The notes under the pieces were generated by a model. The model was given only the letters and a program-made list of their open reading frames with translations. It did not search any database and was not told the DNA's origin. 43,434 bases of DNA from Candidatus Eiseniibacteriota bacterium (lineage in GTDB: Bacteria; Arandabacterota; Arandabacteria; Arandabacterales; Arandabacteraceae). The DNA is taken from positions 1 to 43,434 of the forward strand of contig JBDRNT010000096.1 of NCBI GenBank assembly GCA_043810925.1, given 5' to 3'. Shown piece after piece: positions 16,194 to 26,072 of this stretch (position 1 is its first letter; each line of letters opens with the position of its first letter). The position numbers were made by a program, and so were the translations under genes.

Positions 16194-18211
16194 TCCTCAC
16201 CTTCCTTATCAATCGTGTCCGGTCCGGCCGCCCGAAACAAGTCCGGGAGACGTCTTAAGGTCAGAATCATGATTTCAATGTCAGTCGACACCGACCAGTT
16301 TTGCAGGTAGTACACGTCCATTCTGTCCTTCCCGACCCCGTCGACCAGCTCTCCTGCTGTAAGCCAGATCCCCGTTACGCCGGGCTTTATTCTCTCGCCG
16401 CTTATACGGTTTCTGGGGCCTACAAGGCTTCTCTTACCCGCAAGGACACGCCCCAGCCGCCCCAGCGTGCAGGTCCATGCCGAGTAGTTGCGATGGGTAA
16501 AGGACTGGACCACGAAGACCGCGGGCGCGAGTACCACGACACCCGCAAGCGCCACAACTGCGCCCAGGAAATCACCCACGCTCTTTGTTACGAGGTTTGC
16601 TCCCGACAGACTGGCGGGAGGAAACACCACCACCGGGACCCCGGCCATCTCCTCCAGCAGCGAGCCCCGAATCAGCATGTCCGTCACTTCGGATACGACC
16701 TTGACTTCCGCACCCGAACTTCTCGCGGCCACGATTATCCTGCCGATCTCATCTCTTGACAGCTGCTTGTCGCAGACAAGAACCTCGTTCACCCTTTGTT
16801 CGATGACAAGACTCCCGATCCGGTCGGTATCGCCGATGAGAGGCCTTAAGTCCGTCTTCACATCCCTCCCACCGGGGACGATGTAGCCCACAAAATCATA
16901 TCCGCCGTCACCGGCCGAGACCACTGTGTCAAGCAGGTCGGCCGCATCCTTGTCCTCGCCGATGATCACGATCCGCCGAAGGTCAAAGAAACTCTGCCTG
17001 ACCAACTGGTGCAGGTGCCTGATCGCCGCCCTTCCGGTTGTAACAAGCAGCGCCGACACAGGCCAGAAGACAAGCACGATTATTCTGGAGTAGGCGACCG
17101 TTCTCGTAAGATACGTCGATGCCATGATTACAAGCGAACTCAAGAGGATTGCGCGTGAGATACGGATCAGGTCTCTCACGAAACTGGTCTTTCTCGAAGA
17201 CCGGTAGAGCCCCGAATACACGAAGGAAAACAGGCATACGACATTGACGAAGATCATGAACCCGCGGTATATCGAGATCGAAAACAACGGCTTTGTCATG
17301 AAGGGCATGATGGCGTACCTGAAGTAGTAGGCCAGTACGAAAGACAGGTTTATCAGAATGACATCTACCGCAACCGTTCCGACAAGCGAGAGTATCCTCC
17401 GGTCGCGCTTAAGCCCATATGCGGCCGGGCTCCATTTGTCGTAGAAGCGCAGTGTGCTGAATAGATGGCTCAGGAGTTTGCTGTCCGGCAGCAGTCTCGC
17501 GCTCTGGCGCCTGTGGTGGTGCTCCATCACGGCTGAATGCACGTAGTAGACCTTCCACCCGTGCTTCTTCATCCTGAAGCACCAGTCCACATCTTCGAAG
17601 TAAAGGAAGAACCGCTCGTCCATGCCCCCGACCGCCTGATACGCCTCCCGTCTCGCTATCATACAGGCACCGATCACCCAGTCTACCTGCCTGTCGGAGT
17701 TGTGGTCCCAATCCAGCATGAGGTGGCGCCTGACCGGGCCTGAGTTCGGAAAGACCTTGCCGAGGAATGTGCGTCTCAGAAGCACGGTGGGCACCGTATA
17801 GAAAGTGCGGCAGGACATCTGAAGCGAACCGTCGGGATTCAGGAGCTTCGCGCCCGCGATACCCGCATCGGGAGTGGCCTCCATGAATGACCAGAGGTTC
17901 TTGATCGCATCTCCGGTGGTCTCTATGTCCGGGTTGAGGATAAGACAATAGCGCCCCTTAGACCGGCGTATCCCCTGATTCACCGCACGTGCATACCCGA
18001 GATTCTCAGTGTTCTTTATCAACGTCACGTGCGGGAACTCCTGTTCGATCATATCGGTGCTTCCATCGCCGGAGCAGTTGTCGACCACGATGATCTCGCA
18101 GACTAGCCCCGATGAGTCAGCTCCAAGCGATCCGAGACATTTCCTCAGGAAATCGCTGGTGTTATAAGAGACTATTATGATCGAGATTTCTTTGTCTGTC
18201 ATACCGCTCAC
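16190..18211 (-). CDS. GT2 glycosyltransferase fused to the WcaJ/WbaP-like membrane and CoA-binding region and a degenerate phosphoglycosyltransferase domain
   Basis: GT2 motifs IIIVSYN, VVDNCSGDGS, LNPD, MDERFFLYFEDVDWC; 4 TM segments ending YSR; RRIVIIG; SLVGPR...KPGVTG...Y.QNWS..TDI. Start is GTG 18211 or ATG 18202. Confidence 0.85.
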   Translation of the reverse strand: MSGMTDKEISIIIVSYNTSDFLRKCLGSLGADSSGLVCEIIVVDNCSGDGSTDMIEQEFPHVTLIKNTENLGYARAVNQGIRRSKGRYCLILNPDIETTGDAIKNLWSFMEATPDAGIAGAKLLNPDGSLQMSCRTFYTVPTVLLRRTFLGKVFPNSGPVRRHLMLDWDHNSDRQVDWVIGACMIARREAYQAVGGMDERFFLYFEDVDWCFRMKKHGWKVYYVHSAVMEHHHRRQSARLLPDSKLLSHLFSTLRFYDKWSPAAYGLKRDRRILSLVGTVAVDVILINLSFVLAYYFRYAIMPFMTKPLFSISIYRGFMIFVNVVCLFSFVYSGLYRSSRKTSFVRDLIRISRAILLSSLVIMASTYLTRTVAYSRIIVLVFWPVSALLVTTGRAAIRHLHQLVRQSFFDLRRIVIIGEDKDAADLLDTVVSAGDGGYDFVGYIVPGGRDVKTDLRPLIGDTDRIGSLVIEQRVNEVLVCDKQLSRDEIGRIIVAARSSGAEVKVVSEVTDMLIRGSLLEEMAGVPVVVFPPASLSGANLVTKSVGDFLGAVVALAGVVVLAPAVFVVQSFTHRNYSAWTCTLGRLGRVLAGKRSLVGPRNRISGERIKPGVTGIWLTAGELVDGVGKDRMDVYYLQNWSVSTDIEIMILTLRRLPDLFRAAGPDTIDKEGEE

Positions 18212-18924
18212 AACTGCTTGAAAAGCGCCTTGAGTCTAAGCCACCATACCTTCCAGATGGCTTCCCTGATTATCCTGTTTGACATTTTTGACGATCCCGA
18301 ATGACGATCGACGAACACGATCGGTACTTCCTTTATGCGGAAACCCCGGAGCCATGCCCTGAAGGTCATCTCAATCTGGAAGCAGTATCCGTCTGATATG
18401 ATCTCCTCCATCTTTATGGCCTCCAGGACCTCACGCTTGAAACACTTAAAACCCGATGTGGCATCGTGGATCGGCATACCGATGACAATCCTCGTATAGA
18501 CGTTTGCGAAATAGCTGAGCAACAGCCTGTGCATCGGCCAGTTGACGACGTTGACGCCCTTGACATAGCGAGATCCGAGAGCAAGATCAGATTCATCCAT
18601 AGCTTTAAGCAAATCTTGTATATAATTGGGATCATGTGAGAAATCAGCATCCATCTGGACTATATACGTGGCCCCCCGCCGGAGCGCCTCCTTGAAACCG
18701 GTTATATAGGCGGAACCGAGACCCATCTTCTCCGGCCTCCGCAACAGCTCCACCCTGGGATTCGCAGCCGCGACGGACTCGACGTATTCTGCGGTTCCGT
18801 CAGGGGAATTGTCATCCACAACCAGGAGCCCGATATCAGGGCCGATATCCAGCAGGACGGGAACCAGCTTGCTTATGTTCTCCCTCTCGTTGTATGTCGG
18901 CACGACGATGATCGTATCAGGCAC
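18208..18924 (-). CDS. Polyprenol monophosphomannose synthase (DPM1/Ppm1-like GT2)
   Basis: VPTYNERENI, VDDNSPDGT, GLGSAY, QMDADFSHDP, DATSGFKCF, GYCFQIE, FVDRHSGSSKMS. Confidence 0.92.
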   Translation of the reverse strand: MPDTIIVVPTYNERENISKLVPVLLDIGPDIGLLVVDDNSPDGTAEYVESVAAANPRVELLRRPEKMGLGSAYITGFKEALRRGATYIVQMDADFSHDPNYIQDLLKAMDESDLALGSRYVKGVNVVNWPMHRLLLSYFANVYTRIVIGMPIHDATSGFKCFKREVLEAIKMEEIISDGYCFQIEMTFRAWLRGFRIKEVPIVFVDRHSGSSKMSNRIIREAIWKVWWLRLKALFKQL

Positions 18925-21328
18925 GTCTGCTTCTCCCCTTTCCTAGTTTGAGGCCGGCCAGCACGCTCAGCCCGACAAAGAGACAGGACACAAGACAGAT
19001 CACTGCTCCGGTCCTGTACCAGTTGGATACATACCTCATTTCGATCGTGTGCTCCCCGGGTTCCAGATAGACCGCCCTCATCGATACGTCGCACCTGACC
19101 AGGGGAGCCTCACTGCCATCCACATGAGCCTTCCAGTACGGCAGATAGTTGCCGCTGTAGAAGAGATATCCGGGGCTCGTCACGGTGGCCTTGATGAGCA
19201 CATCACCGGGCTTGTCGCGCTCGATCGTAACCGTCTCGCCCGCGGCGGCGGAGTCCCCTTCCAGGGGCTCGCCGTCGTCGAGGACTATGGTCCTTGATGG
19301 ATCGAAATCCTGTTGCATCATGACTTCGACGGCCGCCGAGTCGCTTTTGGCGACCACCGCATTGTGCACAAGAAACGCTCTCGGCAGAAACCCCCTGTTC
19401 TCATAAACGAAGGCCTGCCCGAAATCGCGTCTGAGAGCCAGCTGGGGATGGTCGACCCGCTGGCCCGTCAGGATGTACTTGATGTTGGCGATCCCCATAA
19501 TGTTGGTGTGGAACAGATTCTGGAAGCCCTCTCCCGACAGTGTGTCGTAATACCTTATTCTATTGTCATAGAAGCCGTTGGCCGTCTCTATGCCAAAGAG
19601 GGGAAGGTAGTTCCTGTTATAGAAGCTCGAGCCGGTCACCGGCAGCGTCCTGAATGTGTCATCGTCCTCTCTTATAAACTCAATCATCGGGTCCGTACGC
19701 TGGAATTCTCCAACACCAATATAATCAATGAAGCGCAGTGAGTGCGACAGGCTTGTCACAAGTATCCCTGCCGAGACGATCCCGATCCACATCGCCCCCC
19801 GCCACCTTCTGGCATAGGCCGTCTGGATGAGCACCAGTGCAAGCCCTCCGAACACAAGCAGGAGAGCCGCATCGATGTTCAGGGCGCGGCCTGCCACTGC
19901 CAGCGCTCCCGTCTTACCTTCCATGCCGGGATAGAAGTTCCTCCACACATCAAGCAGCGCACCTCTCCCGGCTGTGAACACTATCGTAGCGAAGACGACG
20001 AATACAATGAGCCCGGTGACAACCCGCCTCCCGGGGCCGGACATTTTCTTCGTCAAGCGCGAATCGATGAAGAACGCGGCGAGTACGCTTGCGGAGCATG
20101 AGAACATGAACATTATTATGCTGGGGGCCCTCAAGAATTTGGCACCCGGCACGCCATAGAAAATCGCCTTGAAAAGCGGCGTATGAGCGCCGAGGGCATA
20201 GATCGGACAGAAGATGAAGAGAGCCAGCCAGGGCAGCATCTCTCTCCTTCTAAGAAGGAGGATGAAGCCGCCGATCGCCAAAAGCAGCACGATCGGCCCC
20301 GGAGATTCGGCATTGAGTTTGAATGGATTTCGGCCCCAGTAGGAATCGTTGTACCCCACAAATGACGGGTAAAGCAGGGAAACGATCTCCTCGGGATGGA
20401 GCGACCAGCTGGCCGCGAAGTCGAAGTCCACACCGCCCGTCCGCGGAGAGTAGTTGGTCGTGTAGAAATAGGTCGGGAGTAGCTGTACACAACCGATTCC
20501 GATCCCGACGATGACAGCGATGAGCAAGAACCCGACACACCTGGCAAACGCGCCGTTCTTGACCAGCCGGGGGATGTTGCACACGAGGTAGATCCCCAGG
20601 CCCCAGCTTGCGAAGTACGCCATCTGGGGGTGCGCCGTCAGAAGCAGGAGGCCGATCGATCCGCCGAAGAGGGCGGAGGACATCAGTCCGGGTCGCCTCA
20701 GGAGCCGCTCCAGGAGAAGCACGCATAGCGGAAACAATGCCGTCACGAACATCTTGCCGTCATGACCCGCGTAGGTAAGCGACAGGAAGTATGGGGCGAC
20801 CATGTACGCGAGGCCGCCTACCAACGACGATCGCCGTCTGAGCCCCAGCGTTCTTAAGAGGAAGTACATCGTGACCCCGGCGAGCCACACATGCAGGATC
20901 AGCTTATAACCCAGCGCCCTGTGCAGAGGCATCAACACGTATAAGGCCGAGACCGGGTAGAAGAGGTCACCGTGCATTGCATCGACAACGGGAAGACCGC
21001 AGAGTATGTAGGGGTCCCAGACGGGGATCGTCCCGTCTGCTCTCCAGGAATCGGCCACGGCCTTGCGCATCATGTAGCCCATGGGAATCATGTCCGTTCC
21101 GAAGAGCATCTTGTCCGTGAAGATGAAACCGCTGAAGATGACGACCACGATCACGGCAAGCACCCCGATCGCGATCCAGTCCCACCGGCGGTCCCTGCCC
21201 GTATCGGGGCTTGAGCGATCTACCGGTGCCGCCTCACGCGGCTCCTTCGACGCCTCACCGCTCTTTCGCTCTCGACGTACTCTCACCTTGCGGCGCTGCT
21301 TGGATTTTCCGTCTCTGTGCTCCTTCAT
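18917..21328 (-). CDS. YfhO-family GT-C membrane glycosyltransferase
   Basis: PVWDPYILCGLP, FYP, HPQMAY, QLLPT, LPRAFL and the YfhO-type C-terminus (YLPYWKAHVDG...MRAVYLEPGEHTIEMRY plus TM). Confidence 0.88.
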   Translation of the reverse strand: MKEHRDGKSKQRRKVRVRRERKSGEASKEPREAAPVDRSSPDTGRDRRWDWIAIGVLAVIVVVIFSGFIFTDKMLFGTDMIPMGYMMRKAVADSWRADGTIPVWDPYILCGLPVVDAMHGDLFYPVSALYVLMPLHRALGYKLILHVWLAGVTMYFLLRTLGLRRRSSLVGGLAYMVAPYFLSLTYAGHDGKMFVTALFPLCVLLLERLLRRPGLMSSALFGGSIGLLLLTAHPQMAYFASWGLGIYLVCNIPRLVKNGAFARCVGFLLIAVIVGIGIGCVQLLPTYFYTTNYSPRTGGVDFDFAASWSLHPEEIVSLLYPSFVGYNDSYWGRNPFKLNAESPGPIVLLLAIGGFILLLRRREMLPWLALFIFCPIYALGAHTPLFKAIFYGVPGAKFLRAPSIIMFMFSCSASVLAAFFIDSRLTKKMSGPGRRVVTGLIVFVVFATIVFTAGRGALLDVWRNFYPGMEGKTGALAVAGRALNIDAALLLVFGGLALVLIQTAYARRWRGAMWIGIVSAGILVTSLSHSLRFIDYIGVGEFQRTDPMIEFIREDDDTFRTLPVTGSSFYNRNYLPLFGIETANGFYDNRIRYYDTLSGEGFQNLFHTNIMGIANIKYILTGQRVDHPQLALRRDFGQAFVYENRGFLPRAFLVHNAVVAKSDSAAVEVMMQQDFDPSRTIVLDDGEPLEGDSAAAGETVTIERDKPGDVLIKATVTSPGYLFYSGNYLPYWKAHVDGSEAPLVRCDVSMRAVYLEPGEHTIEMRYVSNWYRTGAVICLVSCLFVGLSVLAGLKLGKGRSRRA

Positions 21329-21329
21329 C

Positions 21330-22271
21330 TTAAGCCCGGTTCCTTTCTTCGGTGTCTTTCGGACCCCTCAGAAGCAGGACGATACCGATCGTTCCCACCT
21401 CCGCCAGCGTCACCCAGATACGCGCCACCAGAGGGATCAAGACCGGGTAGGGTTTATCGACTATGCGTGAAAGCAGTATTCCCGATATCCCCTCCCGGAC
21501 TCCGAGACCTGCCGGTGTCACGATGCTGACGAGCCCCGCCGACCAGGAGAGCGCGTTTATTCCTATCATGTCGGGAATGATGCGGCCTGCGCCGGCCGAC
21601 TGAAGATCAGGTACCGTCACCCCGAGATCAAAGGAGGTACCTATCAGGAAGTAACCAAGGCCGTAGATGCACCAGCACCCCATGTAGAAGGCAAGGATTT
21701 TGAGCGTATCGGTATATGCAAGGTTGAAGTCCGCCGGCATCCTGCGCAGTTTTACGAGCAGAGCCCTGATGATCCTCGGATGGACGGCAATAACAATCAA
21801 GGGAACGAGCAGGAGCCCCAGGGCATACGGCCGCCCCGGCAGTGACGGGCTCAGGGCCGCGGCGATGCCGAAGACAATGATGGCGCTCCCCAGCACAAGC
21901 ACGAGCTCAAGACCCGTTGCAACAGTGGCCACGGCTCGCGGTATGCCCTCGCGTTCACACAGATAAATCCTCCCCAGCGCGAACCAGACCTTACCCGGTA
22001 TGTACCTGCCCGCCTGGGACAGAAACCAGACTCTCATGCTCCGGCTGAAACTTATTCCACAGCCGAACTTGCGCAGTATGTATTGCCACACCATACCGTA
22101 GACGGGAAACAGCACGGCGAGGACGGCAAACGAACCGACTACCCTCGGATAGGATATGCTGAATTCATAGGTTCCGAGTTCACCGAGTCCCGATATCAGA
22201 CTCCGGACCATGAAGAACAGGATGACACCGGCTATCACGAGCCCGATGGCTTTCTTCCATCTGGAATCCAC
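21330..22271 (-). CDS. LPG_synthase_TM (MprF-N/AglD-like) flippase-like membrane protein
   Basis: SQAGRYIPGKVW and TPAGLGVREG motifs; multi-TM. Confidence 0.85.
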   Translation of the reverse strand: MDSRWKKAIGLVIAGVILFFMVRSLISGLGELGTYEFSISYPRVVGSFAVLAVLFPVYGMVWQYILRKFGCGISFSRSMRVWFLSQAGRYIPGKVWFALGRIYLCEREGIPRAVATVATGLELVLVLGSAIIVFGIAAALSPSLPGRPYALGLLLVPLIVIAVHPRIIRALLVKLRRMPADFNLAYTDTLKILAFYMGCWCIYGLGYFLIGTSFDLGVTVPDLQSAGAGRIIPDMIGINALSWSAGLVSIVTPAGLGVREGISGILLSRIVDKPYPVLIPLVARIWVTLAEVGTIGIVLLLRGPKDTEERNRA

Positions 22272-22274
22272 GTC

Positions 22275-23402
22275 CTACGCCCTCTCGATGCCTCCCAACC
22301 GCTTCAGGATTATGTCGACTATCTTCTCCGAGGTCGTGCCGTCACCGTAGGGGTTCTTTCCGACGATCATCCTGTTGTAGGCATGCTTGGAATCGAGCAG
22401 CCTCGAGCAGGCGCCGACTATCCTGGCGGTATCGGTCCCCACCAGTTTCACCGCACCGGCCTCTACGGCCTCGGGGCGCTCGGTCACCTCCCGCATCAGG
22501 AGCACGGGCTTCTTGAGTGACGGAGCTTCCTCCTGTATTCCGCCCGAGTCGGTTATTATCAGATAGCAGCTCTTGAGAAGTTGCACGAACTCCCTGTAAT
22601 CCAGAGGATCGATGAGCATCACGCCCCTGGCGTCGCCGAGTATCCTCTCCACCGGTTTGCGTACATTCGGATTCGGGTGAACCGGGAAAACCACAAGCAC
22701 ATCATCATGTTCTCTGCCGATCTGCTTGAGGGCCTTCATCATGCTCACAAACGGTTTGCCCCAGCTCTCTCTTCTGTGGGCGGTGACGGCTACAACCCGG
22801 GTCCGGTTGAAGTCTATCGACGCAAGATCCTTGTTCCGGAACGGGTAGTCCTTGCCCGCCACGTGGAGCAGGGCGTCGATCACGGGATTGCCGACCACGA
22901 AGACCCTGTCCCGCCGCACGCCTTCCTTAAGCAGTGCCGCTTTCGCGACACGCGTGGGGGCGAAATGAAGGTCCGATGCGGCCGATGTCAGTTTCCTGTT
23001 TATCTCCTCGGGAAACGGACTGTACTTCCTGTAGGTTCTCAAGCCCGCCTCGACATGTCCCACGGGTATCCGCAGGTAGTACGAACACAGGCTTCCCATG
23101 AACGTGCTCGTCGTGTCCCCCTGGACGAGCACGATGTCCGGCCGCTCGCCGGCCAGCACCGGCTCTAGTTTCAGCGCAAGCCTGGCTGTGACCTCGAAGA
23201 GCGATTGACGGGGTTTCATAATGTCAAGGTCGTAATCAGGCTTGAGCGAGAAGACGTCGAGCACGTCATCGCACATCCTGCGGTGCTGCGCCGTCAGAAT
23301 AAGCAGCGGCTTCATCTTCCGGTTCTTCTTTATCGCAATGGCTATCGGGGCCATCTTTATCGCTTCCGGCCTTGTCCCAACCACAAGTGCGACTTTGAGC
23401 AC
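22275..23402 (-). CDS. wecB: UDP-N-acetylglucosamine 2-epimerase (non-hydrolysing)
   Basis: GTRPEAIKMAP, QGDTTS, HVEAGLRT, PFPEEINR, TAHRRES, TDSGGIQEEAP, TERPE, NPYGDG. Start reassigned to GTG 23402 (GGAGG RBS; avoids overlap). Confidence 0.96.
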   Translation of the reverse strand: MLKVALVVGTRPEAIKMAPIAIAIKKNRKMKPLLILTAQHRRMCDDVLDVFSLKPDYDLDIMKPRQSLFEVTARLALKLEPVLAGERPDIVLVQGDTTSTFMGSLCSYYLRIPVGHVEAGLRTYRKYSPFPEEINRKLTSAASDLHFAPTRVAKAALLKEGVRRDRVFVVGNPVIDALLHVAGKDYPFRNKDLASIDFNRTRVVAVTAHRRESWGKPFVSMMKALKQIGREHDDVLVVFPVHPNPNVRKPVERILGDARGVMLIDPLDYREFVQLLKSCYLIITDSGGIQEEAPSLKKPVLLMREVTERPEAVEAGAVKLVGTDTARIVGACSRLLDSKHAYNRMIVGKNPYGDGTTSEKIVDIILKRLGGIERA

Positions 23403-23403
23403 C

Positions 23404-24522
23404 CTATACCTCCCCCACTTGCTTGATGTAGATTTCCTCATGGATGTCTGTGACGGACCTTATGCTCCAGCTCTGCTCGACCCTCTTTCTGGCCTCACGG
23501 CCCATCCCGGTGGTATCGGGTGTGCCGGCGATCTTCTCAATAGCCCGGGCAACGGACTCCGGCGACCCCGGTTCGGTGAGAACACCCACACGGTCGTCGA
23601 TGATCTCCGGAAGACCTCCCACCCTCGATGCTGCGACGACCCTTTCACAGGCCATGGCCTCGAGCGCGGCAATCGATGTCGCCTCAACAAGGGAAGGTAT
23701 GACAACAAGATCGGCCGAGGAGTATATCGACGGCATTCTCACGTTTTCAACCGAACCCATGAAGACCACACGGTCCCTCACACCGACCTCCTCGGCGACG
23801 TCCTCCAGATGGCCCTTCAACGGGCCGTCTCCGGTGATATACACCTTCGCATTGACCTCCGGCGCAACATGAGCCAGTGCTCTTATGAGGAACTCCACCC
23901 CGTTCTTCTCGACGAGCCGTCTCGGGCAGACAATCAGGAATTCACCGTTTTCCTTCGCAATACCCGCCTCAACCGGTCTGAAGGTCTCTGTATCGATTCC
24001 GTTGACTATGGGAAGCGTCTCCGCCCCGGGAAGCAGCCCGCGGACCACGCCGTCGATCTCCTTGCTTGTCGAAAGCAGAACGGATGATCGTCTGAGCACG
24101 AGCCTGAGCAGCACCCTCATCGCGGCCTTCTTCGCCAGCCTGAGGAAGTGCGAGGAGTGGACGGTAACGACAAGAGGGCATCCGCGCAGGACCGATGCGA
24201 TGCTCCCGCCGAGCGCGAATGCGAATGTGTGGCAGTGCACTATGTCATGATCCCGTGCCCCCGAGACAATCGAGGGCACCGAGAATACGCTGCTTAGAAT
24301 CCAACCGAGGAAGTGCTTTCCAAAGGACGGCAGGCGCCTTACCCGTACCCCATCCATCACTTCATCCCGAGGAGATGATCTCTCGGTCCTGGTCGTGATC
24401 ACCGTGACCCGGTGACCGCGACGGACAAGCTCTCTCGCAAGGTAGAACACGTGGCTCTCTATGCCGCCCACTCTGGGGGGAAAGTATATCGACGGCATAA
24501 GAATCCGCAGTTTGCTCCTCAC
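23404..24522 (-). CDS. GT4 glycosyltransferase (PimA-like)
   Basis: YFPPRVGGIE, RRLVEKNG, PSLVEATSIAALEAMAC, SRVGGLPE. Confidence 0.9.
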   Translation of the reverse strand: MRSKLRILMPSIYFPPRVGGIESHVFYLARELVRRGHRVTVITTRTERSSPRDEVMDGVRVRRLPSFGKHFLGWILSSVFSVPSIVSGARDHDIVHCHTFAFALGGSIASVLRGCPLVVTVHSSHFLRLAKKAAMRVLLRLVLRRSSVLLSTSKEIDGVVRGLLPGAETLPIVNGIDTETFRPVEAGIAKENGEFLIVCPRRLVEKNGVEFLIRALAHVAPEVNAKVYITGDGPLKGHLEDVAEEVGVRDRVVFMGSVENVRMPSIYSSADLVVIPSLVEATSIAALEAMACERVVAASRVGGLPEIIDDRVGVLTEPGSPESVARAIEKIAGTPDTTGMGREARKRVEQSWSIRSVTDIHEEIYIKQVGEV

Positions 24523-26072
24523 CGTCCCCCCCCCGGCCCCGGCGGCGTGAATTTCAAGACCATATTGACAGGCTCCCCGGTTGCATATACGTTCTCAAGG
24601 TATGCTAACATTTCCTTAAGCACCGGTACCAGATATACTTCCGTCGTCGATGTTCCGCCCCCGAAATCCTCCAGAATGATGTAATCCGGCCGCGATTCCG
24701 CCAGGTGCTTGCGCATCACCGCCGCATCACGCGTGAAGGGGTAGGCAATCGTCTTGCGGTCGCTGAAGAGGTAGAACATGAAGGGTTTCCTGCACATAAC
24801 GACCGATTGTTGCGGCGTGTATTCACGAACCCAACGCGCGGTCTCCAGGTACTCGCTCCAGCCCGGCGGATAGCCCCTGTCTCTGCGACTGAATTCGGCC
24901 AGGCTGTAAACGTTGGTAAGAACAAGTATGGAGCACAGGACCATGACCACCAGGTGCCTTGCCTCGAAGTATCTGATAATCCTCCGGCACCCCGCGAAGA
25001 GATAGATGGCCAGGAACGGGGCCACGGGTATCATGAATCTCTCACTCATCCAGACATCAGGCCATGCGAGATAGACCAGAAGGTAGATCATAAGGTAGAG
25101 GCTGATGAGGAGCGTCTTCTTCCTGAGTGTGTAACCACCGAGGACGGCGACGGCCACTATGAGCAGGGAAAGCAAAGTCCTCAAAGCCGTGCCGCCCGCT
25201 TCCGCGGCCTCCGTGACCACCGACGGCAGCACGTTGAGCGGAAGCAGGTAACCCACGTAGCCCACCAGGTTGGTCCAGGCCCGCCCGATGAGTCCCGTGA
25301 ACGAAATCAGGCCCTTGTCGGGGTCGTAGGGATTGGCCGCAAGCAAGACACCCGTGTAACGGCTGCCTTCGCCGGTCATGGTGTAGTTGCGTACCGCCCA
25401 GAGCGCCGAAACAAGTACGAATCCGCCCAGAAGCAGGAGTCCATCCTTCTTCCGGCCTCTTAGCATGAGAAAAATCACTGTGGCCGCAACAAGACTGACT
25501 CCCGCGGTTCTTACGAAATAAGCCCATATGCAGATCAAGGTACCGGCGACCATCGTCCTACGCCGTCCGGACAGGCTTAAGAACAGTAAGACCACAACCA
25601 GGCTCAACATCGCGTATGGAATGTCGGAGAGCACCTGGTGAGAGTACATCACGACCGTCCACGATGTTGTCACAAGAAGGGCGGCCGTCATGCCCAGGGC
25701 GTCGCCGAGAAGTTTCCTGCCCAAAAGGAAGGTCAACGCCATGGCAGCGACATAGCAAACCATGACGTGGATCTTCATTGACAATATGGAGTTCCCGAAC
25801 ACCTTGATCCACCCGGCGAGCATCAGGGGAAAACCGGGTGGATACTTGGTAGCGGGCCGTGCGTCCGGGTGACTTATGTAGCGGAAGCCCTCGCCGGCGG
25901 CCAGCGCCCGGCCCAGGATCATGAACTCCGCATTGTCACCGATGGTCGATGGCAGCTTGTCGAAGGCCAGGGTCCCGGCAAGAACTGCGATTCCGCAAAT
26001 CGCCACCAGCAAAACTGCGAGATTGCGTCGAGAGGACGAGCGCTTCTTCGCCTTCTTAGCTCGCTTCGGCAT
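24519..26072 (-). CDS. GT-C (GT39/ArnT-like) membrane glycosyltransferase
   Basis: GDNAEF first loop, KYPPGFPLML, VLSDIPY, VRTAG, ERFMIPVAP; multi-TM with a small C-terminal periplasmic domain. Confidence 0.82.
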   Translation of the reverse strand: MPKRAKKAKKRSSSRRNLAVLLVAICGIAVLAGTLAFDKLPSTIGDNAEFMILGRALAAGEGFRYISHPDARPATKYPPGFPLMLAGWIKVFGNSILSMKIHVMVCYVAAMALTFLLGRKLLGDALGMTAALLVTTSWTVVMYSHQVLSDIPYAMLSLVVVLLFLSLSGRRRTMVAGTLICIWAYFVRTAGVSLVAATVIFLMLRGRKKDGLLLLGGFVLVSALWAVRNYTMTGEGSRYTGVLLAANPYDPDKGLISFTGLIGRAWTNLVGYVGYLLPLNVLPSVVTEAAEAGGTALRTLLSLLIVAVAVLGGYTLRKKTLLISLYLMIYLLVYLAWPDVWMSERFMIPVAPFLAIYLFAGCRRIIRYFEARHLVVMVLCSILVLTNVYSLAEFSRRDRGYPPGWSEYLETARWVREYTPQQSVVMCRKPFMFYLFSDRKTIAYPFTRDAAVMRKHLAESRPDYIILEDFGGGTSTTEVYLVPVLKEMLAYLENVYATGEPVNMVLKFTPPGPGGGR

